IMG/VR virus record: IMGVR_UViG_3300012943_000051
Span: 1-31,057 of that record
From: a virus
Taxonomy: Duplodnaviria > Caudoviricetes
DNA: 31,057 nt
Reading direction: 5' to 3' (one strand)
Under the pieces are notes generated by a model. That model saw only the letters and a program-made list of their open reading frames with translations, was not told where the DNA came from and did not search any database. How positions within the stretch are numbered: position 1 is the first letter of the stretch; each line of letters starts with the position of its first letter. Shown here piece by piece: positions 1-8,433 of this stretch. A program made the translations under genes and the position numbers.

Positions 1-1
1 C

Positions 2-268
2 GACTCGATCGGGGTGCGGGCTGACGAGGCCAGGGTGGAGGTCGCACCGCCAGACGAACAGGCGGACGAGGCAGAGCGCGGCGACGATGTCTGGGACCGC
101 ATCCGGGATCGGATCATCGCGGCTCGGGACAGGGCCAACAGCCAGCAGCAGTCGAGCTGGGCGCGGACCTATGCCTTCGCGCTGGACGACATCGCCACGC
201 TGGTCGGACTCGGGCAGGACCACGACGGTGCACCGACGGACATGGTGGGTGATGAGGCCGATGGCTGA
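2..268 (+). CDS. hypothetical phage protein (probably 5'-truncated by the window edge)
   Basis: Frame is open from base 2 to TGA at 266-268, has GC3-rich codons, and overlaps the next ATG at 261. Confidence 0.55.
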   Translation, partial: DSIGVRADEARVEVAPPDEQADEAERGDDVWDRIRDRIIAARDRANSQQQSSWARTYAFALDDIATLVGLGQDHDGAPTDMVGDEADG

Positions 269-493
269 CGGCAGCTACCGGACCCAGGGCCAGTACCGGC
301 CGCCGCGCAGTCGATCAGGGACACCGTGGAGCAGCTGTGGGGTGGTGCCCTCAGCAGCAGCGTCGAGACGAACGAGGTGGAGGTCCAGGCCACCCTCAAT
401 GTCGCCCTGTCCAACCTCGCGGTGGCCGAGGCGATCCACCGGGTCGCCGCGGCGCTGGAGTCCTTCCACGGCGGGACGGTGATGCCGCGATGA
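261..493 (+). pseudogene. small hypothetical gene with an apparent 1-nt frameshift near 298
   Basis: ATG261 gives MADGSYRTQGQYR; protein-like sequence then continues in the -1 frame (AAAQSIRDTVEQLWGG...TVMPR*). Its stop overlaps the next ATG (ATGA 490-493). Confidence 0.45.
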
Positions 494-717
494 CCGGGCG
501 GCACCGGCGGTGCGAGCACTGCGGGGTCGGGCGGCTGTGGGTGGCCGACCCCTTTGGCGACGGCCGTGGGCCGGTGGCCTGCTCCAACAGGGACTGCCCG
601 AGCAACAGGCCGACCGGCCCGATAGCGGTGGGCGACCACGCGATGCGGGCGGCGGCCGAGGTGGCCTCGATCAAGCGGGAGCTGCGGGCCAGGCTGGACC
701 GGGGTGACACGAGGTGA
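490..717 (+). CDS. small Zn-ribbon hypothetical protein
   Basis: MTGRHRRCEHCG...CSNRDC; ATGA and GTGA overlaps with both neighbours. Confidence 0.6.
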   Translation: MTGRHRRCEHCGVGRLWVADPFGDGRGPVACSNRDCPSNRPTGPIAVGDHAMRAAAEVASIKRELRARLDRGDTR

Positions 718-941
718 CCGAGGATGACGGCCCGCCCGACCCGTTCGGCGATGCCCACGACCATCTGGCGGAGATGCTGACGCAGATGGTGGATACCATG
801 CGGCAGTTGGCCGAGGCAGCCGCCGGCTACCGGAACACCCTTGTCGCACAAGGTTTCTCGGAAGAGATGGCGCAGGCCCTGGCGATGGACTTCCTGCGCC
901 GGATGCAGGCCAAGGCGATCCCGGTCCAGGAGGGGCAGTGA
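714..941 (+). CDS. hypothetical phage protein (helical)
   Basis: Coupled GTGA overlaps; typical codon bias; AAGYRNTLVAQGFSEEMAQ. Confidence 0.7.
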   Translation: MTEDDGPPDPFGDAHDHLAEMLTQMVDTMRQLAEAAAGYRNTLVAQGFSEEMAQALAMDFLRRMQAKAIPVQEGQ

Positions 942-1330
942 CCGTTACCGTGCGCTGTTTGCGCTGCCGCAACGACATCCCCGAGGACCTCAAGCACCGC
1001 GGCTACCCGGGCGTGCACTTCTGCCAATCGCCGGTGGGCCTGGACCTGGACCTGGACGCCCTGATCGCGCAGGAGAAGGAGGGGGACAACGCCGTGGGCG
1101 ACGAGTTGCCGGGGGTGAACGCGCAGGCGTTCGCCGCCCGGGAGGCGATCGAGGCCGGGCTGTGGGACCGGCACCTATCGATCCTGGCCGCGGTGATCCG
1201 CGCCCGGATGCGGACCGATGCGTGGCTGCACCCGCGCAACCCGGCCCACGACCCGGGCAGCCGCAGCCCGCAGCACAGCCGGGAGCCGAACCCGGACCGC
1301 CCCGACGCGAGACCGGAGCGGGCGTTGTAA
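938..1330 (+). CDS. hypothetical protein with N-terminal CxxC...HxC
   Basis: GTGA overlap with the upstream gene; followed by a terminator. Confidence 0.65.
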   Translation: MTVTVRCLRCRNDIPEDLKHRGYPGVHFCQSPVGLDLDLDALIAQEKEGDNAVGDELPGVNAQAFAAREAIEAGLWDRHLSILAAVIRARMRTDAWLHPRNPAHDPGSRSPQHSREPNPDRPDARPERAL

Positions 1331-1350
1331 CCCCGCACCCATCGAAGACC

Positions 1351-1391
1351 GGCCGTCTGCTCCTCACCCTCTCGGGAGCAGGCGGCCTTTT
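1351..1391 (+). terminator. intrinsic terminator
   Basis: 13-bp stem GGCCGTCTGCTCC/GGAGCAGGCGGCC (one G-U pair) followed by TTTT. Confidence 0.8.
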
Positions 1392-1411
1392 CGTGCCCTA
1401 ATCTGGAGTGC

Positions 1412-1747
1412 GTGCGTAATACGCATCGGACCTTTCACGAGCTGGCTCCACCTGTTCACGCAGGCTGGACCCAGCGCCGACCCGTCGGGCTCGTGACCCT
1501 GCCGTGCCCTGAATGCCTGGCTCGCGGCATCGCCACGATCCGCAGCCGCATCGGCTCTCGCCGGGTCCAGTGCAAGATGTGCAATCGGTTCGCCCAGCTG
1601 ACCAGGAACCAGGCTCGGAAGGAACTCGCGGTTCTGTACCCCGAGGACTTCAAGCGCCTGCGCGACCGGGCTGAGTATGACGTCTATGCGCTGCTGGTGG
1701 AGCAGTATTGCCAGATGAGCCAGGATGTGTCGCATGGGAACCGTTGA
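1412..1747 (+). CDS. Zn-finger (CxxC...CxxC) hypothetical protein
   Basis: CPEC and CKMC motifs; TAATCT lies 7 nt before the GTG (possible leaderless start). Confidence 0.6.
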   Translation: MRNTHRTFHELAPPVHAGWTQRRPVGLVTLPCPECLARGIATIRSRIGSRRVQCKMCNRFAQLTRNQARKELAVLYPEDFKRLRDRAEYDVYALLVEQYCQMSQDVSHGNR

Positions 1748-2339
1748 CCCCGACCTGGTGCTGCGACCCGATCAGCGCAGCGATCCGATGCTCTGGACCG
1801 TCCCGATGCCGGCCAAGTACCGGCCGCTGATCGAGGCCATCGACACCTCCACACCCTCGATGGAGCGGTTCGTCGGACCCGGTCGGGGCATGTCGCTCAA
1901 GTCCTTCGGGCACACCCCGAGCGGGGTGCACTTCCTGCTCACTCGGGCCGGCACCACGGTCCACGTCGACCCGGCGTACACCCGCTACAGCCATCAACTG
2001 ATCCTCCGCAACGACGGCAACCGCATCCGTGGACTACCTCGGTACGACAGTAGTGACTCCTCCAAGTGGCATTCACCGCTGGTCCCCGGGACCCTCTACG
2101 CCCTGGACACGCACTCCCCGCACCAGGGTCTGCACGACCCGCGCATCAGCCCCGCCGCCGGACTCAAGGCGGTGATCGCGGTGGACCGGGACCAGCCGCT
2201 GGACCCCGACGAGGTGTGGGAGCTGTTCCGCCCGTGGGTGGTGAGCGGCATCCAGTTCGCCGACGTGGCCCAGCCGGGCGACGTGCTCGCCTCGGTGAGC
2301 GCACCGCGCTGGCGGGACAACAAGGCCGGCGCTCGGTGA
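1734..2339 (+). CDS. putative 2OG-Fe(II) oxygenase / cupin-fold protein
   Basis: HxD (HVD) plus a distal His in GTLYALDTHSPH, the double-stranded beta-helix pattern; AGGA upstream of ATG1734 (alternative start 1725). Confidence 0.5.
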   Translation: MGTVDPDLVLRPDQRSDPMLWTVPMPAKYRPLIEAIDTSTPSMERFVGPGRGMSLKSFGHTPSGVHFLLTRAGTTVHVDPAYTRYSHQLILRNDGNRIRGLPRYDSSDSSKWHSPLVPGTLYALDTHSPHQGLHDPRISPAAGLKAVIAVDRDQPLDPDEVWELFRPWVVSGIQFADVAQPGDVLASVSAPRWRDNKAGAR

Positions 2340-2947
2340 CGGCAGGCGGTGGCTTGGTCACCCTGCCCCCGGTGTTCGTCACCGCCGTGCCGTGGGACCC
2401 GAAGCGGGCGGTGGCGGCGACCCGGATGGTGCAGTGGCTGCACTTGGCCGGGCACACCGCGACGGTGGTGTGGGACAAGCACCACGACCACTACGAGACG
2501 TTCGTCCGGATGCTGCGTTCGGCCGGCCAGGGCGCGGCGATCTTCCTGGAGGATGACATCGAGTTCACGTCGAACTGGGACGTGAAGATGGCGGCCGAGA
2601 TCGCCGCGCACCCGGACGTGCTGATCCAGACCTACTCGAACCGCAACGCCGACCTGACCTATGGTTCGCGGTGGGAGAAGGGCAAGTCCTACCTGAACAA
2701 CCAGTGCTGGTACGTCCCACCGGGGATGGCCGCGTCACTGGCCGACTATCTCGACACCTGGCCCAACCACCTGGACGGCACCGACCCGACGGGCACGGAC
2801 CTGGCGGTGAGCCACTACCTGCACGCCAATCGGCTGAGCTACTGGCTGGTCGCGCCGTCCCTCGTGCAGCACCGGGACTGGGTGAGCGCGATCAACCCGA
2901 AGCGCCCGCACGGCAAGATGCGGCAGAGCAAGTCGTACGTGCCGTGA
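2336..2947 (+). CDS. GT-A fold glycosyltransferase (GT25-like)
   Basis: AIFLEDD motif and C-terminal PSLVQH; GTGA overlap start. Confidence 0.7.
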   Translation: MTAGGGLVTLPPVFVTAVPWDPKRAVAATRMVQWLHLAGHTATVVWDKHHDHYETFVRMLRSAGQGAAIFLEDDIEFTSNWDVKMAAEIAAHPDVLIQTYSNRNADLTYGSRWEKGKSYLNNQCWYVPPGMAASLADYLDTWPNHLDGTDPTGTDLAVSHYLHANRLSYWLVAPSLVQHRDWVSAINPKRPHGKMRQSKSYVP

Positions 2948-3966
2948 CCGTCGAGACCTGGTCCGAGGTGTGGCCCGAGGACTTCATCACCACCGACGAC
3001 CTGGCCTGGTGGCTCGACCTCGCGCCGACACTGAGTTGGCGGTGGGCCACCACCTACGCCGACTCGGCCCCACACTCGTACGTGGTGCGGGACAAGGACC
3101 TCGACAGCACCCTGTTCGACCGCGCCGCCCGGGTGATCCGCACGTACGGTCGGCCGGGCAAGTTCTTCCGGTCCACCCAGCTCTACCTGTACGACCCGCC
3201 CGACTCCATCCCCGGCTCGGGCCGACCGATCCGGAAGTGGTGGACGATGAGCGGTCCGGTCTCGATCCAGGGCGTGATCAACACGACCGACGACGACCGG
3301 GTGTACGGGAAGCAGGACGCCCCGGACACCCGCTACCGCCCACCCAGGCCGCCCACCACGGTCATCGAGGACGACACCCGCGAGGTCTACGACGCCCTCG
3401 CGACGGCGTACGACGCGCGCTACGACCCGGCCCACTGCCCGCAGTGCACGACGGAGAACGAGGCGATCGCCCGGCTGATCCGCCGGCACTTCGGGGCGTA
3501 TGCACCCAGCACCCTCGACGTGGGCTGTGGGACCGGGCTCACGCTGGACCTGCACGTCACCGCGCCGGGCATCTACACCGGGGTGGACCCGAGCCAGGGC
3601 ATGCTGAACCAGCTCGTGCAGAAGCACCCGCGTGCGACCCGGCTGCTGCCGATGCGGATGGAGACGGCGCTGTCCGACCAACTCTTTGCCCCGCGCTCCT
3701 TCGAGCTGGTGGTCAGCCTGTTCGGCAGCCCCAGCTACCTCGAACCGTGGGCCATCTCCCCCATCGCGGAGCTGTCCAGTGACCTGACCGTGTTGATGCA
3801 CTACCGCCGCGGCTACTGGCCCTCGTACTGGCCGCACAAGCCCGCGCACATCGACGAGAGCCGGGAGGCGGCGGTCGAGCTGGTGGCCAGCCTGCTCACC
3901 GAGGGGCGTCGCCCCGCCCGCCAGTTCGACCTGGACGACATGGTCGTCACCGTGATCGGAGGCTGA
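2944..3966 (+). CDS. class I SAM-dependent methyltransferase with an N-terminal Trp-rich domain
   Basis: Motif I LDVGCGTG, then YTGVDPSQGML and FELVVSLFGS; N-terminal WRWATTY..APHSY...KWWTM domain. Confidence 0.8.
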   Translation: MTVETWSEVWPEDFITTDDLAWWLDLAPTLSWRWATTYADSAPHSYVVRDKDLDSTLFDRAARVIRTYGRPGKFFRSTQLYLYDPPDSIPGSGRPIRKWWTMSGPVSIQGVINTTDDDRVYGKQDAPDTRYRPPRPPTTVIEDDTREVYDALATAYDARYDPAHCPQCTTENEAIARLIRRHFGAYAPSTLDVGCGTGLTLDLHVTAPGIYTGVDPSQGMLNQLVQKHPRATRLLPMRMETALSDQLFAPRSFELVVSLFGSPSYLEPWAISPIAELSSDLTVLMHYRRGYWPSYWPHKPAHIDESREAAVELVASLLTEGRRPARQFDLDDMVVTVIGG

Positions 3967-3989
3967 GCGCCCAACAAGCGCGACCAATC

Positions 3990-5216
3990 ATGGGCAACGA
4001 CCTCGTGTTCACCGGCAAGGCCCGGCCGCACTACTTCCTGCCGGGCAATGTGTACGACGCTGCCCGCAAGAGGATCCGCTGGCTGTTCGACGAGTTCGAC
4101 GGGAAGGTCAGCGCCTCGGTGAGCGGCGGCAAGGACTCCACCGTGGTGGCGGAGCTGCTGGCCGACGTATCGCAAGAGCTGGGCTGCGGCCCGGCGCACC
4201 TGCACTTCCTGGACCAGGAGGCGGAGTACCAGGCGACCATCGACTACATGCGGCTGTACCTCGACCGCCCCGACCGTTACAAGCTGGACTGGTACCAGAT
4301 CCCGTTCCGGCTGTTCAACGCGGCGAGCTACGACGAGGAGTGGCTCTACGTCTGGGACACCCGGCTGGACGACAGCGGCTGGATCAGGCCGAAGGAACCC
4401 TCCTCGATCAAGGTGAATGACTTCTTCACGCCGCGCGGTCACCAGATCGACCGGTTCAAGGAGGTCCTCGGCGCGATGAACCAGCGCGACGGCGGGGCGA
4501 TCCTGACCGGGATGCGGTGCGAGGAGAGCCCGACCCGCCGGGTGTTCATGACCTCGGTCCCCTCGTACAAGTGGGCGACCTGGGCCTCGGCCGGCAAGCC
4601 GAAGGGCAGCTACTACCTGTTCCACCCGATCTACGACTGGTCCTACCGGGACGTGTGGAAGTCGATCCACGACAACGAGTGGGCCTACAACACCTTCTAC
4701 GACGTGCAGTTCCAGTACGGCATCCCGCTGCGAAACATGCGGGTCTCCTCGTTCCACCACGAGCTGAGCCTGGCCAGCCTGAACTATCTGCAGGAGGTGG
4801 AGCCGGACACCTGGGAGCGGGCGACCCGGCGGCTGGAGGGGCTGAACTCCTTCGCGCACGTCGGCGAGGACCAGTTCCAGCAGCGCGGCAAGCTGCCCTA
4901 CATGTTCGCCTCGTGGGACGAGTACCTGGAGTACCTGATCTGCAAGCTGATCCCGAAGCCGGAGAACCAGGACAAGTTCCGCCGGATGATCGTGCGTGCC
5001 ACCAAGGCCCTGCCGCAGCTGAGCCACGAGGAGGTGATGGTCTCGATGTCGGCGGCCATCATGGGCAACGACGTGTACGGCACCTCGGTCGACCAGTGGA
5101 TTAGCAGCAACACCCCGGCGGCCCGGCGCTACCTGGCCGGCGACCTGACCGCGGCGTCGACCGCCCGGCAGCGGGAGCTCGAACAGGAAGCGAGGTCCGC
5201 CAGCTATGCGGGCTGA
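3990..5216 (+). CDS. PAPS-reductase family PP-loop protein (IbrA/DndC-like)
   Basis: SVSGGKDS PP-loop, FLDQEAEY, GMRCEESPTR, HPIYDWSYRDVW and MRVSS; paired with an IbrB-like gene. Confidence 0.85.
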   Translation: MGNDLVFTGKARPHYFLPGNVYDAARKRIRWLFDEFDGKVSASVSGGKDSTVVAELLADVSQELGCGPAHLHFLDQEAEYQATIDYMRLYLDRPDRYKLDWYQIPFRLFNAASYDEEWLYVWDTRLDDSGWIRPKEPSSIKVNDFFTPRGHQIDRFKEVLGAMNQRDGGAILTGMRCEESPTRRVFMTSVPSYKWATWASAGKPKGSYYLFHPIYDWSYRDVWKSIHDNEWAYNTFYDVQFQYGIPLRNMRVSSFHHELSLASLNYLQEVEPDTWERATRRLEGLNSFAHVGEDQFQQRGKLPYMFASWDEYLEYLICKLIPKPENQDKFRRMIVRATKALPQLSHEEVMVSMSAAIMGNDVYGTSVDQWISSNTPAARRYLAGDLTAASTARQRELEQEARSASYAG

Positions 5217-6459
5217 GAACATGCCGGTCCACCCGAAGGGCGCCGATGGCCACCGGCTCGGCACCGCCTACATCGCGGAACGGGTGGCCGCCGCCAACGC
5301 GCTGATCGAGCAGGCGTTCGGGCTGCTGCCGTGGACCGACCCGGTGGGCCAGGTGCGGTGGGTACACATCGACCTGGTGCAGGCGAACGACTACAACCCG
5401 AACGCGGTGGCCTACCAGGAGATGAAGCTGCTGCACACCTCGATCAGTGAGGACGGCTACACCCAGCCGGTCGTTGCGATCATCGAGTCTCGCGTTGATA
5501 TCGTCCTACCATGCGGACATCTTTCAACGCTGACCCTGGATACCGCCCAGTTCCTGAAGGGGCTTTGCTGGGGTACTGCGCAGGACTACTTGATGGAGAG
5601 GGAAGCATCTCTTCCCCTCAAGGTCTCTCGCATCGCCACTCCCGATGGCGGGTCCAGATCAGCCAGTCCGCCGGCAACGACGGACGCGAACTCTGTGAAT
5701 GGCTCCGCGACCTCTGGTCCATCGGCAACGTCTACGAGCAGCGGGGATACTGCCTCGCCTATGTCTGGAACATCGCCAGAATCGGGGACGTCCAGCACTT
5801 CCTGGGATCATGTCTGCCCTACCTGCGAGTCAAGGCGCGTCGGGCAGCAGAAGTCCTGGCGACGATCGAGGCTGAGTCCGGCGGACTCCGTCGGGGTCGC
5901 TGGACTGACGCTGAGCTGGGATATCTCCGAGCGTGTGGCGAGTCAACCTCCGCCGATGCCATCGCCGGGATTCTCAACCGCAGCGCGTCCGCAGTTCGAT
6001 TCAAGAGAAACGAGCTTGGACTCCGACGCCCACCTCGTAGTGCGTGACCGATCCAAGGCGATCATCGTCGACGGCTTCCACCGATACACAGTCATGCGGA
6101 AGTATCCGGACATCTCGGCGCGGACGGCGGACCACCTCCCCCTCGTAGTCCTCGACAAGCCGATCACCGGCCGGATCGCGGCGACGGTGCGACACAACCG
6201 GGCGCGTGGCAAGCACAGCGTCACCGGCATGGGCAGCCTGGTGTTCCAGATGCTGAAGGAGGGCATGGCTCCGGAGGACGTCTGCAACAAGCTCGGTCTG
6301 GAGCCGACCGAGCTGGCCAGGCTGACCCACATCACCGGCTACTCCAAGCTGTACGGCGACGTGGAGTTCAGTCGCCCGGTGCTGACCAGCAAGCAGGTCA
6401 GCGCCAAGAGCAAGTACGCCGCCGCCCATCCCGACGAGCAGGTGCCGTCGGACTTCTGA
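5206..6459 (+). CDS. IbrB-like ParB/Srx-domain protein carrying a ~185-codon in-frame insertion
   Basis: ANDYNPN..V, GYTQPVV, IVDGFHRY and ATVRHNRARGKH. The normally short loop between GYTQPVV and IVDGFHR holds a long Ser/Thr-rich insert. Confidence 0.8.
   Translation: MRAENMPVHPKGADGHRLGTAYIAERVAAANALIEQAFGLLPWTDPVGQVRWVHIDLVQANDYNPNAVAYQEMKLLHTSISEDGYTQPVVAIIESRVDIVLPCGHLSTLTLDTAQFLKGLCWGTAQDYLMEREASLPLKVSRIATPDGGSRSASPPATTDANSVNGSATSGPSATSTSSGDTASPMSGTSPESGTSSTSWDHVCPTCESRRVGQQKSWRRSRLSPADSVGVAGLTLSWDISERVASQPPPMPSPGFSTAARPQFDSRETSLDSDAHLVVRDRSKAIIVDGFHRYTVMRKYPDISARTADHLPLVVLDKPITGRIAATVRHNRARGKHSVTGMGSLVFQMLKEGMAPEDVCNKLGLEPTELARLTHITGYSKLYGDVEFSRPVLTSKQVSAKSKYAAAHPDEQVPSDF
5511..6047 (+). 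CDS. LAGLIDADG homing endonuclease with C-terminal HTH, nested in an alternative frame inside the IbrB-like gene
   Basis: YCAGLLDGEGSI motif, VQISQ and LPYLRVKARRA; RWTDAE..L...IAGILNRSASAV HTH; codon usage differs from the host. Confidence 0.85.
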   Translation: MRTSFNADPGYRPVPEGALLGYCAGLLDGEGSISSPQGLSHRHSRWRVQISQSAGNDGRELCEWLRDLWSIGNVYEQRGYCLAYVWNIARIGDVQHFLGSCLPYLRVKARRAAEVLATIEAESGGLRRGRWTDAELGYLRACGESTSADAIAGILNRSASAVRFKRNELGLRRPPRSA

Positions 6460-6491
6460 CGGCCCGCCCAACCCGAGCAGAGAGGACCACC

Positions 6492-7088
6492 ATGGGACCC
6501 ATCGAGGTGGTGGAGCTGGACGCGGTGATTCCGTACTGGCGGAACCCGCGCACCATCCCGGACGACGCGGTGAACGCGGTGGCCGAGTCGATCCGGCGGT
6601 ACGGGCTGCAGCAGCCGATCGTCGTGGACTCGAACTCGGTCATCATCATCGGGCACACGCGGTACTCGGCGCTGCGCCGGCTCGGGTTCACGAAGGTGCC
6701 GGTCCGCCAGGCCACAGACCTGAGTCCGACCCAGGTGCGCGAGCTGCGGGTGATCGACAACCGCACGCACGAGTACTCCTCGTGGGACTTCGAGAAGCTG
6801 ACCGGCGAGCTGAGCGACCTGGACATCGCGCTGATGCAGGCGTTCTTCCCGGAGGCGGGTGTGATCGGCGACCCCGGCGCGGGCAGCGACTCGGACTACT
6901 ACCTCGAACCGGCGGACCCCGGGTCGGACTCCCGCATCGTGCGCGAGGTGGAGTTCGTCTGCCCCTCGTGCTTCCACACCTGGGAGATGCCGGTGTCCAA
7001 GGCGCAGGTCGCCACCGGCCTGCTCGATGTCAGCTCCGCCCCGCCCGTCACTGCCACTGCCACCCAGATCGCAGGAGCCCGAGCATGA
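6492..7088 (+). CDS. ParB N-terminal domain protein with a C-terminal CPxC ribbon
   Basis: PYWRNPR, YGLQQPIVVD, IIGHTRY, IDNRT and CPSCFHTW; GAGGA RBS. Confidence 0.85.
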   Translation: MGPIEVVELDAVIPYWRNPRTIPDDAVNAVAESIRRYGLQQPIVVDSNSVIIIGHTRYSALRRLGFTKVPVRQATDLSPTQVRELRVIDNRTHEYSSWDFEKLTGELSDLDIALMQAFFPEAGVIGDPGAGSDSDYYLEPADPGSDSRIVREVEFVCPSCFHTWEMPVSKAQVATGLLDVSSAPPVTATATQIAGARA

Positions 7089-7720
7089 CCGCCCCCTACA
7101 CCCGGCCCGACGGACCGCCGATGCCGGTCGAGCGCACGCTGGCCATCGAGGACATCAAGCCGTACTGGCGCAACCCGCGGCGCATCCCGCAGGATGCGAT
7201 CGACGCGGTGGCGGCCAGCATCGAGCGGTTCGGCTACCAGCAGCCGATCGTGGTGGACACCGAGAACGTGATCGTGGTCGGGCACACCCGGCACCAGGCG
7301 CTCAAGCAGCTCGGCTACACCAGCGTTCCCGTGTATGTCACCGACTTGCCCGAGAACAAGGTCCGCGAGTACCGGCTGGTCGACAACCGGACCAGCGAGA
7401 TGAGCGACTGGGACCACAGCGCCCTGGTGCTGGAGCTGCGGGAGTTCGAGACCGCGCTGCTGGACCGCTACTTCCCGGACGTGGATCTGGAGATCGGGGC
7501 CATCACCGCGGTGAACGACGTGACCTCCGGTGACGTGGACGAGGCGACCGGCAAGGTGAAGCGGGTGGCGGAGGCGGACCCGACGGCGACTCACACGACC
7601 AATGTGAAGTGCCCGGCCTGTTTCCACACCTTCGAGGTGCGGACCCGCTCGCTGCCCGGCCTGACCTACGACGACCTGTGGGAACTGGTCGAGGCGAGCA
7701 CCGGCACCGAGGCAAGCTGA
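7085..7720 (+). CDS. ParB N-terminal domain protein (tandem paralogue)
   Basis: PYWRNPR, FGYQQPIVVD, VVGHTRH, VDNRT and CPACFHTF; ATGA overlap; GGAG RBS. Confidence 0.85.
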   Translation: MTAPYTRPDGPPMPVERTLAIEDIKPYWRNPRRIPQDAIDAVAASIERFGYQQPIVVDTENVIVVGHTRHQALKQLGYTSVPVYVTDLPENKVREYRLVDNRTSEMSDWDHSALVLELREFETALLDRYFPDVDLEIGAITAVNDVTSGDVDEATGKVKRVAEADPTATHTTNVKCPACFHTFEVRTRSLPGLTYDDLWELVEASTGTEAS

Positions 7721-7725
7721 GCAGC

Positions 7726-8433
7726 GTGCCCCGCCGTACGGCTCCGCCGCCACCCTCACCAACCTCCACCGCGACCCGCCCTCGGCACCACCCGCCGAAG
7801 CACGACGCGGTGAGTGAGGTGCTGGCCGCGGTCGAGCAGTCCGGCGTGGACACCGACCCACTGCCCGAGCCCGGCTCCCTGGAAGCCCGGCGACGGGACC
7901 GGGAGCGGGTGCGGCGGACCGAAGCCTTGAGCCTTCGGCTGGCCGGGCTGACCTACGCCCAGATCTCCGAGCGGATGCGGATCAGCCACGACGCAGCCGA
8001 GGACATGGTCGACCGGGTGCTGGGCGAGGTGCGCGACCGGGGCGTGGCCGAGCTGCGGGAGCTGGAGGGTGCGCGGCTGGATCGGGCGCAGGCGGCGATC
8101 TGGACGCAGGTGCTGGAGGGTGACCTGAAGGCGGTCGACACCTTCCTGCGGCTGTCCTCGCGGCGGGCGAAGATGTTCGGCCTGGATGCGCCGACCAAGA
8201 TCGACCTGTCGCTGAACGTGCGGGCCGAGATGGAGCACGCGCTGGCCCAGCTCGAAGCGGTGGTGATGGGCGAGGTGGTCAGCGTGACGGACGTGCCGCT
8301 CCCGCGCTACCCGGAGACTCATGCCCAGCAGTACGACCCGTCCCACGCAGCTCCCGCCACCGGGCCAGCCGCATCAGGATCAGGCCCGTCATCGTCATCA
8401 CCGGACCATGATGACGCCCAGTTCGCAGGCTGA
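7726..8433 (+). CDS. terS: terminase small subunit (HTH)
   Basis: ALSLRLAGLTYAQIS HTH and RAKMFGLDAPTK; directly upstream of the large terminase. Start codon uncertain. Confidence 0.7.
   Translation: MPRRTAPPPPSPTSTATRPRHHPPKHDAVSEVLAAVEQSGVDTDPLPEPGSLEARRRDRERVRRTEALSLRLAGLTYAQISERMRISHDAAEDMVDRVLGEVRDRGVAELRELEGARLDRAQAAIWTQVLEGDLKAVDTFLRLSSRRAKMFGLDAPTKIDLSLNVRAEMEHALAQLEAVVMGEVVSVTDVPLPRYPETHAQQYDPSHAAPATGPAASGSGPSSSSPDHDDAQFAG

Noticed and set aside
5486-6060. Intein or group I intron explanation for the ParB insert
   Set aside because: The nuclease is out of frame with the host, there is no intein terminal HN-C/S/T, and only about 25 nt lie outside the nuclease ORF. A covariance-model search is still needed to exclude a ribozyme overlapping the ORF.
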